Below are positions 47,530 through 59,915 of a DNA stretch of 64,000 nt, one piece after another. Under the pieces are notes generated by a model that searched no databases, was not told where the DNA came from, and saw only the letters and a program-made list of their open reading frames with translations. The first letter of the stretch is position 1. Each line of letters opens with the position of its first letter. Origin of the DNA: Monocercomonoides exilis PA203. Lineage: Eukaryota; Protista; Preaxostyla. The DNA lies in NCBI GenBank assembly GCA_001643675.2, contig LSRY02000005.1, positions 186,001 through 250,000 of the forward strand, written 5' to 3'. A program made the position numbers and the translations under genes.

Positions 47530-48427
47530 GTTATTCTGTTTCTTTTTCAAACGTGTTTATTTCATTGACAAAATGTAATGTCAGTGACAGAAGTGACATC
47601 CAGTGACATATTAAATTCCTTGTTTCACAGATCATGTCAGTGAAAATTTAATTTTGGAACATTAGATTAATTGAATTTTCAAAAATTTTGCAAAAAATAT
47701 TCAATATTTCTTTATCAAATATTTTTTATCATGTTTGACAAAGAAAAAATCACTGCTGATTTCTTTTCTTCTCTTTCTGTTTTCTTTCTTTTTTCATTTT
47801 GTTGAAATCAATATTTCCTTCCATGTTCCAACAAAATTTTCTAATTTTGTTGAAACATGAAACATTCTGTCAATTATTTAAAAAAAAAAATATTGGCACA
47901 TTTTATTTTTCAGTACTCAGAAATACTCCCAAAAATGAAGTAAATAAAAAAATAATGGTTGTGATCAGTAAAAATTGTCCTGTCGGTCACCTATGTCAGT
48001 TTCTGACAAATTTTGCCACTTGTCGCACAGGTTTATTTTCACGTTTTATCTTTCACTTTATCAACAAAAAATTAAAAAATCCAAATTTTTTGTGATTTTT
48101 CAATATTCTCAAACAAAATTTGAGACATATTAAAAGAAGATTTAATTTTACAAAAAGAGAGCGAAATATCGAAAATTTATAATTTATTCTTGTTCCTCTA
48201 TTCTATTTTTAACATTTTCACATTTTTTTTGATCTCTGTGTAATTAAATATCTCAAATAAAAATTTGTTTCTTTTGATGTTCGCAGAGCAATCAACAACA
48301 AACAAAGTAAATATTTTTGAAGCTCTCAGTCGAGTCGACAGATTGATGCAGCTTTCATCTTTGCCACTTTCTCCATTGACTGGACATATTTCATTTTCAT
48401 TGATAGATTTCTTTTTTCAAACCTCTC

Positions 48428-51200
48428 TTAATAAGTCTTCTCTACCTCCTTGACTGCTCTCCTCCACTGCTCTTCTAGTAATGTCTCCATCGTTACCATT
48501 TCAAATGCCTTAGGATCCTTTCTGATGTTATCATTCACAATCTCTTTCAGATCATCTGCTTCATTCTTCACCTTCTTCCATCGAACAGCCAGAATAGCAA
48601 CAATTACAAGCAGAAGCACGTCAAATACAACACACACAATCTCAACAATTGGCAAAAATGATTTTTCTTTCTTTCCCTCCTTCAACAAGTTTTCCATCTC
48701 CCTTTAGCTCAGATTTAGTTCTGTTCTTCAGGATGAATGACTCCGTCATGAAAGAGAATCAATCTTTCCAAACAAGATCTTTGCAGATATTTCTGTTTTC
48801 TCAGATGCATTGAAACAATTGATGCTGGAATGGCTTCATGATTCTCTATTTCACCTGCTAACTCTTCTGACAGATGCGGATACACCTGGAGTTCGTGAAC
48901 CATTCAATCGAAGGAATCAACCTGGAGAGCCAAGTCGCAATGCAGAAGCAAGGAACCAGCAAGATCAACTGCAAGGGTGTCACCTTACTGGAAAGATATC
49001 ACTGAATTTAGCTGTTGAATGAGGAACGGGATGCTCTTTCTGAAGCCATTTTTCCAATGTTCTCAAACTGGTGGAAATCCACGTCGAGGTGTTTGGAAGA
49101 AAGCCATCCCCGACTTTCGAACTTTCAATATTCAGAAGCGCATGGACAGAGCAGGCGATGTAGTTCCTCATGTATGGATAGCATGCAACATTCGGTCTGT
49201 TGTTGGCAAATAATACAAATTAGATGGAAATGCTTCCGACTGATACAGACAGCCCTCCTTTAGATGAATTGACAATGCTCGTGTCTATTTTTCTTCACGA
49301 GCAATTCTGAAGATCAACCATTGATCTAATCCACTGGCACAGCTCTTCTGATCGATCATCGCTCGCTCTCAACTCTGGTGCGCTTGTTGCTCCATCAAAT
49401 GAACATGAAGATAAGTTTTCATCCGTCAAATCTGCCAACGCTTCAATGCTCCCTTTTTCAGATGTGGAAACACACTTTTTGTTCGAGCAGTTTTCCAATT
49501 CCAGCAAAAAAGATGAAGATGAAGCAACCAAGCAACACGGACAAAGCGAATCTCTTGTTACGTTTTGAAATGAAGACTGCTTCAAATGAAATGTCGAAAC
49601 ATTCTATGTCACGCTCACTGCACATCCTTCTCCAAGCATTGTGTTTGAAATAGCCAAGAATGATCTCAATATCTGAATCTTGGCATTTTATTGAATGCCA
49701 AGAACCAGACAGCACAGATATTGCATCGAATTCCGAATGATAGTATTGGATGTTTGAATGGCCTCCAGAACTATCTGAGGAAAGCACAATCACGTTTGAT
49801 CCGCTCTTAGTGCCTTTCATCTGAATGTTCTGAAGCTGTGAATCTTTGTAATTGCGAAGGACGAGAGAGGATCGATCAAAAATATACCTGAAAATAAGCA
49901 CCTGAGACATGAACAGGTTTGCAAGATTGCGGAAGTCCAACAACGCACTTGAATTCATGTCAGAAATGTTCAAGTTCATATATGAGCAATATTGGACGCC
50001 TCTTGCTGCCAGGCACGAAGAACTGAGACTAAAGAAAGTGAAAGTCCACCCGTTTGTCGATAGTCTGCAATTCTCGTGGAGAATGATGGAGCAATCCAAT
50101 TTCATTTCAGAGTTTCCAGTCGAATCTTCTTGAGTAAACGCTGCGTCTGAAATAGACAAGTTTACATCAGCCAGCAATAACAAGCTGGAATGAGAAGAAG
50201 AAAAAGCGCTTCCAAACAAAAACGTGAGAAATTCCTTTTTCACTCTCGATGAGCACGAAACGAGGCTTTTCGTCTTGCTTCCGATGCTGCTGTTCAGCAC
50301 AACATTCCCTCTTTCTCCTTCTTCATCCAGCGACTTGAGCCAAACATCGCAAGCGCTTGCTTCCCCTGTCACCTCAGCGCTTTTGTCAATCAGAAAACTG
50401 CAGTAAACTGAAGGAATGATGTGGGGCAGAGCAACATTCAAGGAAATGCACGGTTCGCTCATTGCGCCACGCTGCTGCGAATCAGAAGCGTTGTCCGTTG
50501 TTGAAGATGCAAATATTGTCTCGCTCTGATACACAACCACAAGCAGCAACAGATCCTGCACATCAGCATAGTCAGGTGCTGTGCATCCACACATCGCAAA
50601 CTCCCTGACAAACGGTGCTCTGAAATCGAGATCGAACAGCTCAGCTCCTGTTTGAGTTTTCACATTCGCGCATTTCACATACACGTCTCTTCCCACAAAT
50701 GCTTTGTTCTCCATGAATGCGGTGTTTTTTAACAGGTAAGGAAGACATCTCTTGTGATCAAAGAGCAATCCAGGAATATAGTGCCTCCTCTTCCAGTTGC
50801 AGAGTTGAAACATCCAGAGATAGCTGAAAAACTGCACTCAAAAAAACCTCCTTCGCTTAGACTCATAATCATTCCTCCACCGCTTTCACTTTGGCTGCTT
50901 TTACAGTTCTTCATCGATGTGTTTTGCACAGACACGCTACAAGGCTCGCTACCAATGCAGCTGATAAGGATGGTTCAGATGGCGGACTTTGGAGAAGCGA
51001 AAAAAGCGCGTAACATTTCAGCTGAACTATTAAACTGTTAACTTCAACCAATCCTATCAACTCGCCTCTCCACACAGCCTGTGAAAACACGGAAACAATT
51101 CTTCTGATCATCAACTCCGTATTGCTCATGGAAACATTTGTCAAATCAATGCTGCTCTCATGTGATGCAGTTAGAACGTGGACTCCACATTCGATGGATT
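48428..51200 (-). pseudogene. Pseudogene fragment of the receptor-pseudokinase family (distal ectodomain, TM, juxtamembrane)
   Basis: TM plus RWKKVKNEADDLKEIVNDNIRKDPKAFEMVTME..EEQWRRA, nearly identical to 26110-26240. ENKAFVGRDVYVKC and GRGGTIFLDC motifs. Many frameshifts; ends before the kinase-like domain. Confidence 0.85.
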
Positions 51201-51847
51201 AAAACCAGAAGAATAACATTTCGCATATTTTAAACAGGAAACCTCTAACGCAAAAAGGAATGTCTGCTGGAGAAGCGCAGACAAATAGCAAGAGAAAGTC
51301 GATAAAACGACGTTCATTATTCAATGAAATAATGAAGACTAGCTTATTTGATTTAATTATTTTTTATTAAAAAATAATATCAATTACAAATATTGTCCGG
51401 TTGTTTTTTCAAGTCTTTTAATGCTATTGGCCCAAGCAGAGCAGAAATAAAGTTGTTTGCACATTCATTGACACAATCTAACACATTATTCAGCATTATT
51501 TCAATTAGCATTAATTGCGATAATTAAAAAAAATGCTAAACATTTCATAATTCATGAAATTCTTCTTTTTTTCAATTTTAAACGCATGTTGAAACAGGTG
51601 GATTTTATTCATAGAAGGTCCAACAATCAAAGGATGCAATATTGATGCGTTTTGAATCGTTTTTTGGCGCAAAAGAATTTTATCAGTTTTATTAACTTCT
51701 TGATCTTTTTGATCTTTGAAAAAATTTGACGAAAACAACAAAAATCATTTCCAAAACAACATTTACAATTTACAAATAATATATGTATATTTTTGCAATC
51801 AATTTTATATACATTAAATATACTTGTTTTTCATCAAAATTTTCGTA

Positions 51848-52016
51848 ACTCAAATGAACTCAGTCTATCTCAAATGAATTCGGTTTATTCAAATAAACTC
51901 GATCTATTCGAATAAACATGAGTTCATTTGAATAAATCTGGTTTATTTAAATGAAAAAAATCTATTCAAAATTCATCTATTGAAGAATTATTGAAGAATT
52001 ATTGAAGAATTATTGA
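51848..52016. repeat. ~19-bp degenerate tandem repeats, then (TTGAAGAATTA)x3
   Basis: TCAAATGAACTCAGTCTAT-like units at 51848-51950; 11-mer triplet starting at 51980. Confidence 0.75.
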
Positions 52017-52534
52017 TATGACATTAATAATTTTTTATTCAATCAAAAGAGAAGAAAACTAAAACGGGAAAAAAATATTCAGTGAAATAAAAAAAACTAA
52101 TAAATTCATCATCGACTTTATTTAAAGCAATCATATAAAAGAATCCAAATGAATAAAGATAAAAAAACTGGTTATGAAGATTGAAAATCATGTTCATTTT
52201 AATATGCAAAATAAAAGGATAACAATCAAAACACTAAAAAATAAAAAACTAGTAACAAAACAAACATAGAAAAGGTGCTGTTTCAAATGAAAAGTGCACA
52301 ATTATTAAAGAAAAAATTATTCAACAATTTTATTGCACAAATAGAACTCGAAAAGAAATTCACTTTCTAATCCAAATTGCAATTTGAAAGTATTTCAACT
52401 CTTTATGAAAATTCGATTTGTTTAATAAAGAAATACATAAAACATTGTTTCAGTTTACAAACTTTGCAGACTTTTTTGAAGGATAAAATTTAATCTGTTT
52501 ATTATCTATGTGTCTAACAATCAGAAATCCTCCA

Positions 52535-55500
52535 TCATTTTGAAGAATGCTTAGACTTTGAATAATCTGCATATCTCCGAGGAGAAATTTGAGGGTCTGA
52601 AACAAAAGCCGGCTTTATGTGAAACTTGCTTCCGAAATTAAATTCAGAGGGTGGCTTGATGTGCTGCTTCGGATAATATCTGCTTTTTGGCTTTGTCTTC
52701 ATCACGACGACAGGAGAAGCAGGAGGTGCGATGGCAGAGGAAAGAGGCTGGACAGAAGGAGGCGAAAAGGGAGATGACGGGTCGCGAGGTGTGGGTGTCT
52801 GGAGGAGAGGAGAAATGGAAGAGGAAGAAGAAACAGCTGGCAATGATGCTGTTGAAATTGCAGGAGGCGAAGCTGAGAGTTGAGAGGAAGACGGAGATTT
52901 CTTTGAATGAAGTGGTGTTGTGTTTACAGAAGATGAAAGTGAAGCGGATGAAGATGACGATGAAGAAGGCTTCTGATGAGATAACAATTCGTCTTTTGGT
53001 TTTTTTCCTTCTTTTGTTTCTTCCATTTCCTTGTTTTTGTCCAAATCAGCATTTGCAGCATCATCTACAGCAATAGGAAACAAACCTCCAATTTTCATTT
53101 TCCCTCTGCCTCCTCCTCCTCCTCCTCCTTCCCTGTTCTCCACAAATGATGTTGCCAGCAACCCCTTTTTCTTCATAAGATTCAGAATTTCTTTGTCTTT
53201 CTTGTCTTTCTCTCTCTCCTTCTCCTTCTCCGTGTCCAATTTCTGCTTTTCCTTTTCTACCTCCCCCTTCATCTCCTTCAACTCCTGCTGATGCATCCTC
53301 TCCCTCTCTCCCAGCTCCACCTCCAGCGCCATCACCCGGTTCTCCAGCATCTGCGTCTTCGTAAGCAGAGTGTTCAGCCGCTGCATGTTTCCTCCGCCTC
53401 CTCCTCTTCCTCTGCTCTCCTCCTTCACAAACAGCGCTATGTTCATCTTCTCTTCGTGCTCCTTCATCCACTTCGTCCGAAGCCTCTGCACTTCCACTGT
53501 CAGCTGCCTGTTCTCTTCTTCCAGCTTCTTCATTTCTCCTCTATTTCTGTACTGTTTGGACACACTTAATCGTCCTTCTTCTTCTGAATCATCTTCGTCT
53601 TCCTCATCCTCCTCCTCCTCATCGCTTTCATCGCTTCCATATCCTTCCTCATCTCCTTCTCCTTCTCCTCCTTTGCTTCTTCCCTTCTTTCTCCTTCTGG
53701 ACTGCCTTCTTTCCATTCTGTTGCTCGACTGCTGCAGTCTTTTCAACTGCCTCAGCTGAGCATCTGATGTTTTCTGCAGCTTTTCGAGCACTGCTTTCAG
53801 CTCAGCATTTTCATTCGTGTAAAACAAAAGCTGCTGCTGAAGCGATGCAATGCGCGCAGAAGAAGCAGAAGAAGAAGAAGCCTTTGGAGAAGCCTTTGGA
53901 GAAGCAGACACATTCGAAGACGGAAAACGAAGTGGCGTCTGTTTTAGCTTGGCAGGCGACGAAATCAACTGAACAGAGCTGTTGCGCTTCCTCTCGCCTG
54001 GCTTTTCGCCTCCTTTCACCTTCACTTCATTTGAGCTCTTTCCAATCGGCTTCGTCTTCTTCTCTGGCGTCAGAAGCGCAACAGACCCAGTTTTGCTGTC
54101 TGCATCGTTGTCTGAGTATTCTTCCTCCTCTTCTTCTTCGTCTTCTCCTCTGCCTCTTTTTGGTCTGTTTTCTTCTGCTTTTCTCTGTTGCGGCAAGCGA
54201 GTAACAGACTTGCTTTGTGTTTTGAACAGCTTCGGCCGGAAAATCTGTGTTTTTGAGGCTTTTGAAGCAGAAGAGGAAGCTGTTGATGTTTGCTTGTTTT
54301 GCATGCTGCTGCGTTTGTTTGCCGGCTCTTTCTTTTTCAGAAGCTGCTTTTCCTTCTCTTTTTGCTTCTCTGCCAAAGCCAGCCTTTCCTCGTATGCCTT
54401 TTGCAGCCCATCCAACCTCTTTCTTTCTTCTTCTTTCTCCTTCTCCTTTTCTTTTTCTTTTTCTTTCTCTTTCCTCTTCTTCTCTGCCCTCAGCCTCTCT
54501 AGTTCAGCCATCGCCTCTCTCTTCTTCTTCGTCTCCAGCCAAAAATCTTCAATCATCAGTGCGCTTTCCTTCCTCTTCTTCATCTCCTTCTCCTGCTGCC
54601 TCTGCTTTTCTCTTTCCTTCTGCCTGATCCGCTCTGCTTCCTTCTGCATCTCTGCCGCTCGCATCTTCCTCTCCCTCTCTTTCCTCGCCTTCTCCTTCTT
54701 TTCTCTCTCAGCTTTCTCTTTCTCTTCCAACACCTTCGCTTTTCTGAACCTCTCCTCCCTCATTTTTGCTTCTTCCTCTGCCTCTTTCTGCTTCTTTTGC
54801 TTTTTCAGCTCAGAAAGTTCGTTTTTGGCGTCTCTCACCAGCAATTCGTTCTTCCACCAGGTCTCCAGCGTATCCACAGCCTCTTTCCTCTTCTTCCCTT
54901 CGCTTTCCATTTCGCTCTTCTTTCTCTGCTCTTCTTCTTCTTTCTCTTTCTCTTCCCTCATTTTCCGTTCTTTTTCCTTCTTCCTCATGTCTTCTGCTTC
55001 CTTTCGCATCTTCTCGCTCCTCATCTTCCTTTCCTTTTCTTTCCTCTTGTTCTCTCTCACTTTCTTCTCCTCCTCCTCCATTTCCTTCTTCGCTCTTGCT
55101 GCTTCTTTTTCTTCCTCCAATTTTTTGTTCCTTTTCAGCTCTTCCAACTCTTCCTTTGCTTCTTCTGCCAACAAACTGCTTCTCCACCAGTCTTCAATAA
55201 ACAGCACAGCTTTCTTCTTCTTCTGCTTCTCTGCTTCCTCTTTGGCTCTTCTCCTTTCTTTCTCTTCTTCATTCTCAAAGCTTTCCTCTTCTTCTTCTTC
55301 TCCTCCTCCTCCTTCTCCTTCTCCGCCTTCACCTTTGCTCTGTTCTTTGTTCACGTGAAATGAATAAAGATTCTCTTGTTCTCTCTGTTTTCTCAGTCTT
55401 CTTTGCCGTCTTTTCTTCAAAATGTCGTTGATTTGTTCGTTTTCTTCAGAATTTTTCATTTCATTTCCTTCTCCTCTTGTTTCTTCCTCCTCCTCCTCTT

Positions 55501-58101
55501 CCTCTTCTTTGTCTTTTTTCTCCAGTTCGCTCATAACATTCAGGTCAAGATGAACACATGCAAATGATATGCGCTCATTTACTGAAGTCACAGGAAGTGA
55601 AGAAAACAGAGAATGATACGGCTTGTGCGTCCCAACCTGTTCATCATAATATTCAACATCAAAGAAAAAGAGAAAGAAAGAGAGAGAAAAAAAAAAAGAG
55701 AGAGAGAGAGAGAAGAAATGAAATGAAATGAAATGAAATTTTTCACTCATAAAATCAGCATAAGCATAAATAGAAGAACAAACCTGTTTATTAATAGCTT
55801 CTGATACATTCACCATCGTTATTCCAGTTATTCCCATTTTGATATCTCCTTCAAGAACATCATTTTCTTGTTGCCTTTTCAACTCCTCCTCCTCTTCTTC
55901 TTCTTCTTTCCTTTCTCTTTCTTTTATCTCCTCCATCTCTTCCATCATAATTTTCCTCATCATCTCTTTCTTCCTCTCTTCCTCCTCTTTCCTCTCTCTT
56001 TCTGCCACTTCTTCGTCTGACGCCACATCCGGAACAATCGGCATCTTAAACCCAAATCCGTATCTGTCGCCTCCTTCATCTTCGTCTTCATCACCGTCGT
56101 TATATTCTTCTTCCTCATCGTCTATCTGAAATCCATTGTCGCTGTCAAAATGCTTCACATTTGTGCTTTTCTGATCTTTGATCAGTTTGAATGGCTGGAA
56201 AGGAGCTGCATTGTTATCTTCATCTTCATCGTCCTTCTCGTCATTCATCACAACTTTCAGCTCTTCTTCTCCTTGTTCTTCTTCCTCCTCCTCTTGCCCA
56301 TTTATTTGATTCTTCCTTTTGTCCTTTTCTTTCCCTTTGCCCTTTTTCTCCTTGTTTTCTGCTTCTTCTGTTGCATTCTCCAAGAAAAATGTGTCAAAAT
56401 CATCGTCATATGCGTCGTTTGCCTCCGCCTCTTCCACCTTCTGCTGCTGCTGCATCTTCATTTCCGACTCCTTCTTTCTTCTTTCCTCTTCTTCTGCTCT
56501 TTTTTGGACTGCACTTTGCTTCTTTTGTTTGTATTCCTTCAGAAACGAGCGCTGAAACGACGGCGGCCACATCAGAAGCTCAGGAAGAGGAACAGGAGAC
56601 AAAGCACAATCTGAAGAAATAGCATTATTGGATGAAGAAGAAGATGATGATGATTTGAGGTGAGGAGGGTAAATGAATGGGAGCAAGGGAGGAGGCGGAG
56701 GGGGTGATGGGATAATTGCAGGCTGAGTGTTCAGAGGAGGAGAAATGAACTCAATCAGAGCAGATGCATTGGGGTGGTCGACAATTGCCTATGAAATAAA
56801 AGAATAGAATGTTCATTTGAAATAACAGGAATGAATTGTTAAATATAAAAAAAACATTTAGAAAATTTCACTCTCTCAAAACAATTTCAGAAAGATAAAG
56901 AAAAATAAATAAAGTTTGAATAAATTTCTCGTTGAAAATCACCTTTTTTCATTCGATTCAATACAAATTGACAAAAATCTTTAAATAATTCATTGAATAG
57001 CCATAAAAAAAATACCTTTGTGAATACACTTGCACTGGACAAGACGGTACCGGCACGAGCCAGAAAACAACAGCCAGATATTTTAGCAGGAACAGAAAGA
57101 GAAGATGCAACAGAGAGAAGAATAGAGCGACTTATTTGAGGAAGATGCAGATGAGCAGAAGAAGACGAGGAAGAAGAAGATGATGAAGAAGATGAAGAAA
57201 CATCAGAGGAAGAGTTCGCACAATCTGATGAATGCACCGCAGGATGAAGAAGATATTCTGGATAAAATGGGATTGTTATCTTCCGAGCAATACTTTCCTT
57301 CGCCTTTCCATTTCCTTTTGCTCTTTCTTCTTTCTCTTCCATCTTCCAATTCTGAGACTCGACCATCAGATGAGGCAGATGCGGAACAAACACATCCACA
57401 AAGGGCAACGACTCTTTCATCGCTTCTTCATCTCTTTCATTCGCTCCATTTGTCCGCCTTCCTGAAAGCTGGCTTTGGTTGCCTCTCTCTAATCTTTCTC
57501 CTTCTTCATCATTTTCTTCTTCCTCTTCCTCTTCTCCTTCATTGTATTTCTCTCTTTCCTTTTTCGCTTCAATAGCTTTCACCTTCGGCTCCACATTGGA
57601 TTCCCAATATTTCTTCCCGTTTGGCACAATTCTGGTTGAAATGATGGTTGGAAAAGAGAAATCAACTTCTTCCTCGTCCTCTTCCTCATCTTCTGCCGTT
57701 TGAGGCCTTTCTTCGCCTTCAAACCAGTCGTCGTCATATTCCCCTTTCTTCTTCTTTTTCTTCTTTTTCTTCTTTTTTCCTTCATTTCCGCCTTCCAAAT
57801 CGTAAAATGTGAAAGCAAACGGAAGACGTATTTTCGAATCAAGGAACACTTTCATCATCGATTTATCGCCCATTTCTTGTATCACATCGTTTGGCCTGTA
57901 GCACAGCGAAAACGAGAGAGAGATGTTTGTGCATGGATCAATTGCACGGAAGGTGAATGCTCTGCTGGGAAGAAGAGAATCCAAAGAGAAGAAACAAGAA
58001 TAATGCACTTGTTCTGAAGGCGAGGAAAATGAGGTGCAAAGAGAGAGTGGTGTGAATGTGCTAAAATATGAATGGCGATTTGAAGAAGAAGAAGAAGAAG
58101 T

Positions 58102-58190
<89 letters not shown>

Positions 58191-59394
58191 TGTATGGTTG
58201 TGAACTGCGTTTGTTTGTGTGTTTAGTTCCATTTTCCCCGTTCATTTCATCGTTATCATTCCCTTCTCCTTCTTCTTCCTCTTCCTCTGCTCTTTCTATT
58301 TCTTCCCACAACTTTTCTCTCATCTCCTTCTCCTTCTTTCTCCTCCTCGGCGACACAATCAGAAACCCCAAAACAGAACTCGGCTTCGCCTCAAAAGCCA
58401 TCTGCTCGAAGAAAAAGAGCCTTTTTTTCTTTGTCTTCTTGTCCACTTTCATCCGCCCCTTAAGAGACTGGCAGCATTCTGCGCGGCTGTCGAGCACAAA
58501 CACACGAACAAACGCATCTGGCGGGAGTCGGAGATGCTCCTCAAGTCCTTTTAAGTCGCTTCTGCTGCGTTCCTGCTCTTTCTTTGTAGCGGGCTTCGTT
58601 TGGTGCAAAGATCTTCTCTCCATCTCCATCCAGCGCGCCTCGTCAAAGGAGCCGAACATTTCCTGTGACTTCTTTATCCCTTCCTTATTCTGCTTCTGCA
58701 GCTCGTCAAACATTCCGCTGTGTGGCTTTCCTCCTTTGCATTGCCCGTCGGCTGCACCTTCTCCATCTGCCCAGAACAGGTTCACAATCAGCGGATATCC
58801 GTCGCTGCACAATGGATGTGCAACATTTGATTGCGTTGATTTTTGGCTTCCCTTTTCTGGAAGATCGCAATAATGACGAGAAGGCTTAACGAGTTGGGCA
58901 GAAGTGGATTCTTCTAGAGCTTCCAGCCCTCTTCGGATGAATCTGATAGATGATTCAGCTGAAACTGTCAAGCGACAAAATTTCTGCAGATACGGGATTG
59001 CCTCTTCAAATGATGTTTTTATAATCCGAAATGTCGCCAGAATGATTCCCACATGATCTTTAGGCATTCCATCAAGAGCTGTTTCCTCGCTGTTCTCCTC
59101 CAAGCATTCATCTTCTTCCGCGCTGCTGAATGAAATCAGGTAATTGCTGTCAAAACCCCCTGTTTCAGGAGAGTCAAAGTAATTTTTTCCTTTGCGTAAA
59201 TATAAAAAAGCTTGGATTGGATAACCAGCTTGAAGTTTTGACAGAGTTGATGAATCAAATGTATATCTGCAACGTGCCGAGCAAACTAAATCTCTTGAAG
59301 TTGCATTGCTATTGTTGCTTTTAAAAAGCTCACACAACACAGATGGATGAGACATATAAATGGAAGGTAATACTAACAAAAAAAAAATTCGCAA
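52535..59394 (-). CDS. Large multi-exon charged coiled-coil/SAH protein with three IQ-like motifs; 5' end unresolved
   Basis: ORFs 56887..59394 and 52535..56686 join in frame through a phase-0 intron at 56789-57015. Likely 147-nt in-frame intron at 55637-55783 (GTTTGT...AACAG). E/K/R-rich helices. Confidence 0.7.
58102..58190. repeat. (TGA)~29 microsatellite encoding poly-Ser on the minus strand
   Basis: Direct read. Confidence 0.9.
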
Positions 59395-59915
59395 TGATAA
59401 ATTTTATAAAATATAGCACACAAAAATCAAAATGCTGCTGCGAATAAAAAGGAGTTGAGGAATCAGAAACAACGTTTGTTCTCAAAAAACAAGGTTGTTC
59501 ATTTCCAGTGTCAAAAGCAAGAGATAATGATGAAGAACATTTTTCCTTAAAGAATAAATTAATTTTCAAATAAAATAAAACATTCATTTAACATATTCAA
59601 TATTAAGAAATTTCTTGAAAATTATATAAAAATAAAACTTTCAATTCAATATTTGTTAATGAAAGACGAAAAATTCTGTGCAAATTATGTGGAGAATTAA
59701 GGTGCATGCTAGATTTATCTTCTATCCATGGTGTTATTTCGTCATTTTCCACTTTTTCATGTTGCATTAACGTGAAAATGTTTTTCTTGAATTATTGTAT
59801 GGGATATTCTTAACTGATTTTTGTGGGGAAATCATAATTCTTTGCGCATTATTGCAAAATTTGATAACCATTTCAAATAATAATTTCGAACCAATTAAAC
59901 CATAATGTTTTTGAA

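Larger units (their letters stand above)
40571..48035. mobile_element. Element A: non-autonomous hAT-like DNA transposon with gene cargo
   Basis: TIR TAGACCTGTGCGACA / TGTCGCACAGGTTTA (14/15). 8-bp TSD TTTTCACG at 40563-40570 and 48036-48043. Subterminal TGTCAGT/GTGACA motifs. Confidence 0.85.
40390..51979. mobile_element. Candidate outermost TIR element C, with ~19-bp subterminal repeats; no clear TSD
   Basis: TAGATGAATTGTGAATAGATTTTTTTCATTT at 40390 matches the reverse complement of 51949-51979 at 30/31, and similarity continues into ~19-bp periodic repeats. Confidence 0.55.

Noticed and set aside
51848-52016. Short periodic repeats as a CRISPR array
   Set aside because: No unique spacers, degenerate units, eukaryotic context and no cas genes.
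53291-56622. Plus-strand Phe/Ser/Leu-rich ORFs resembling membrane proteins
   Set aside because: Reverse complement of E/K/R-rich coding sequence.
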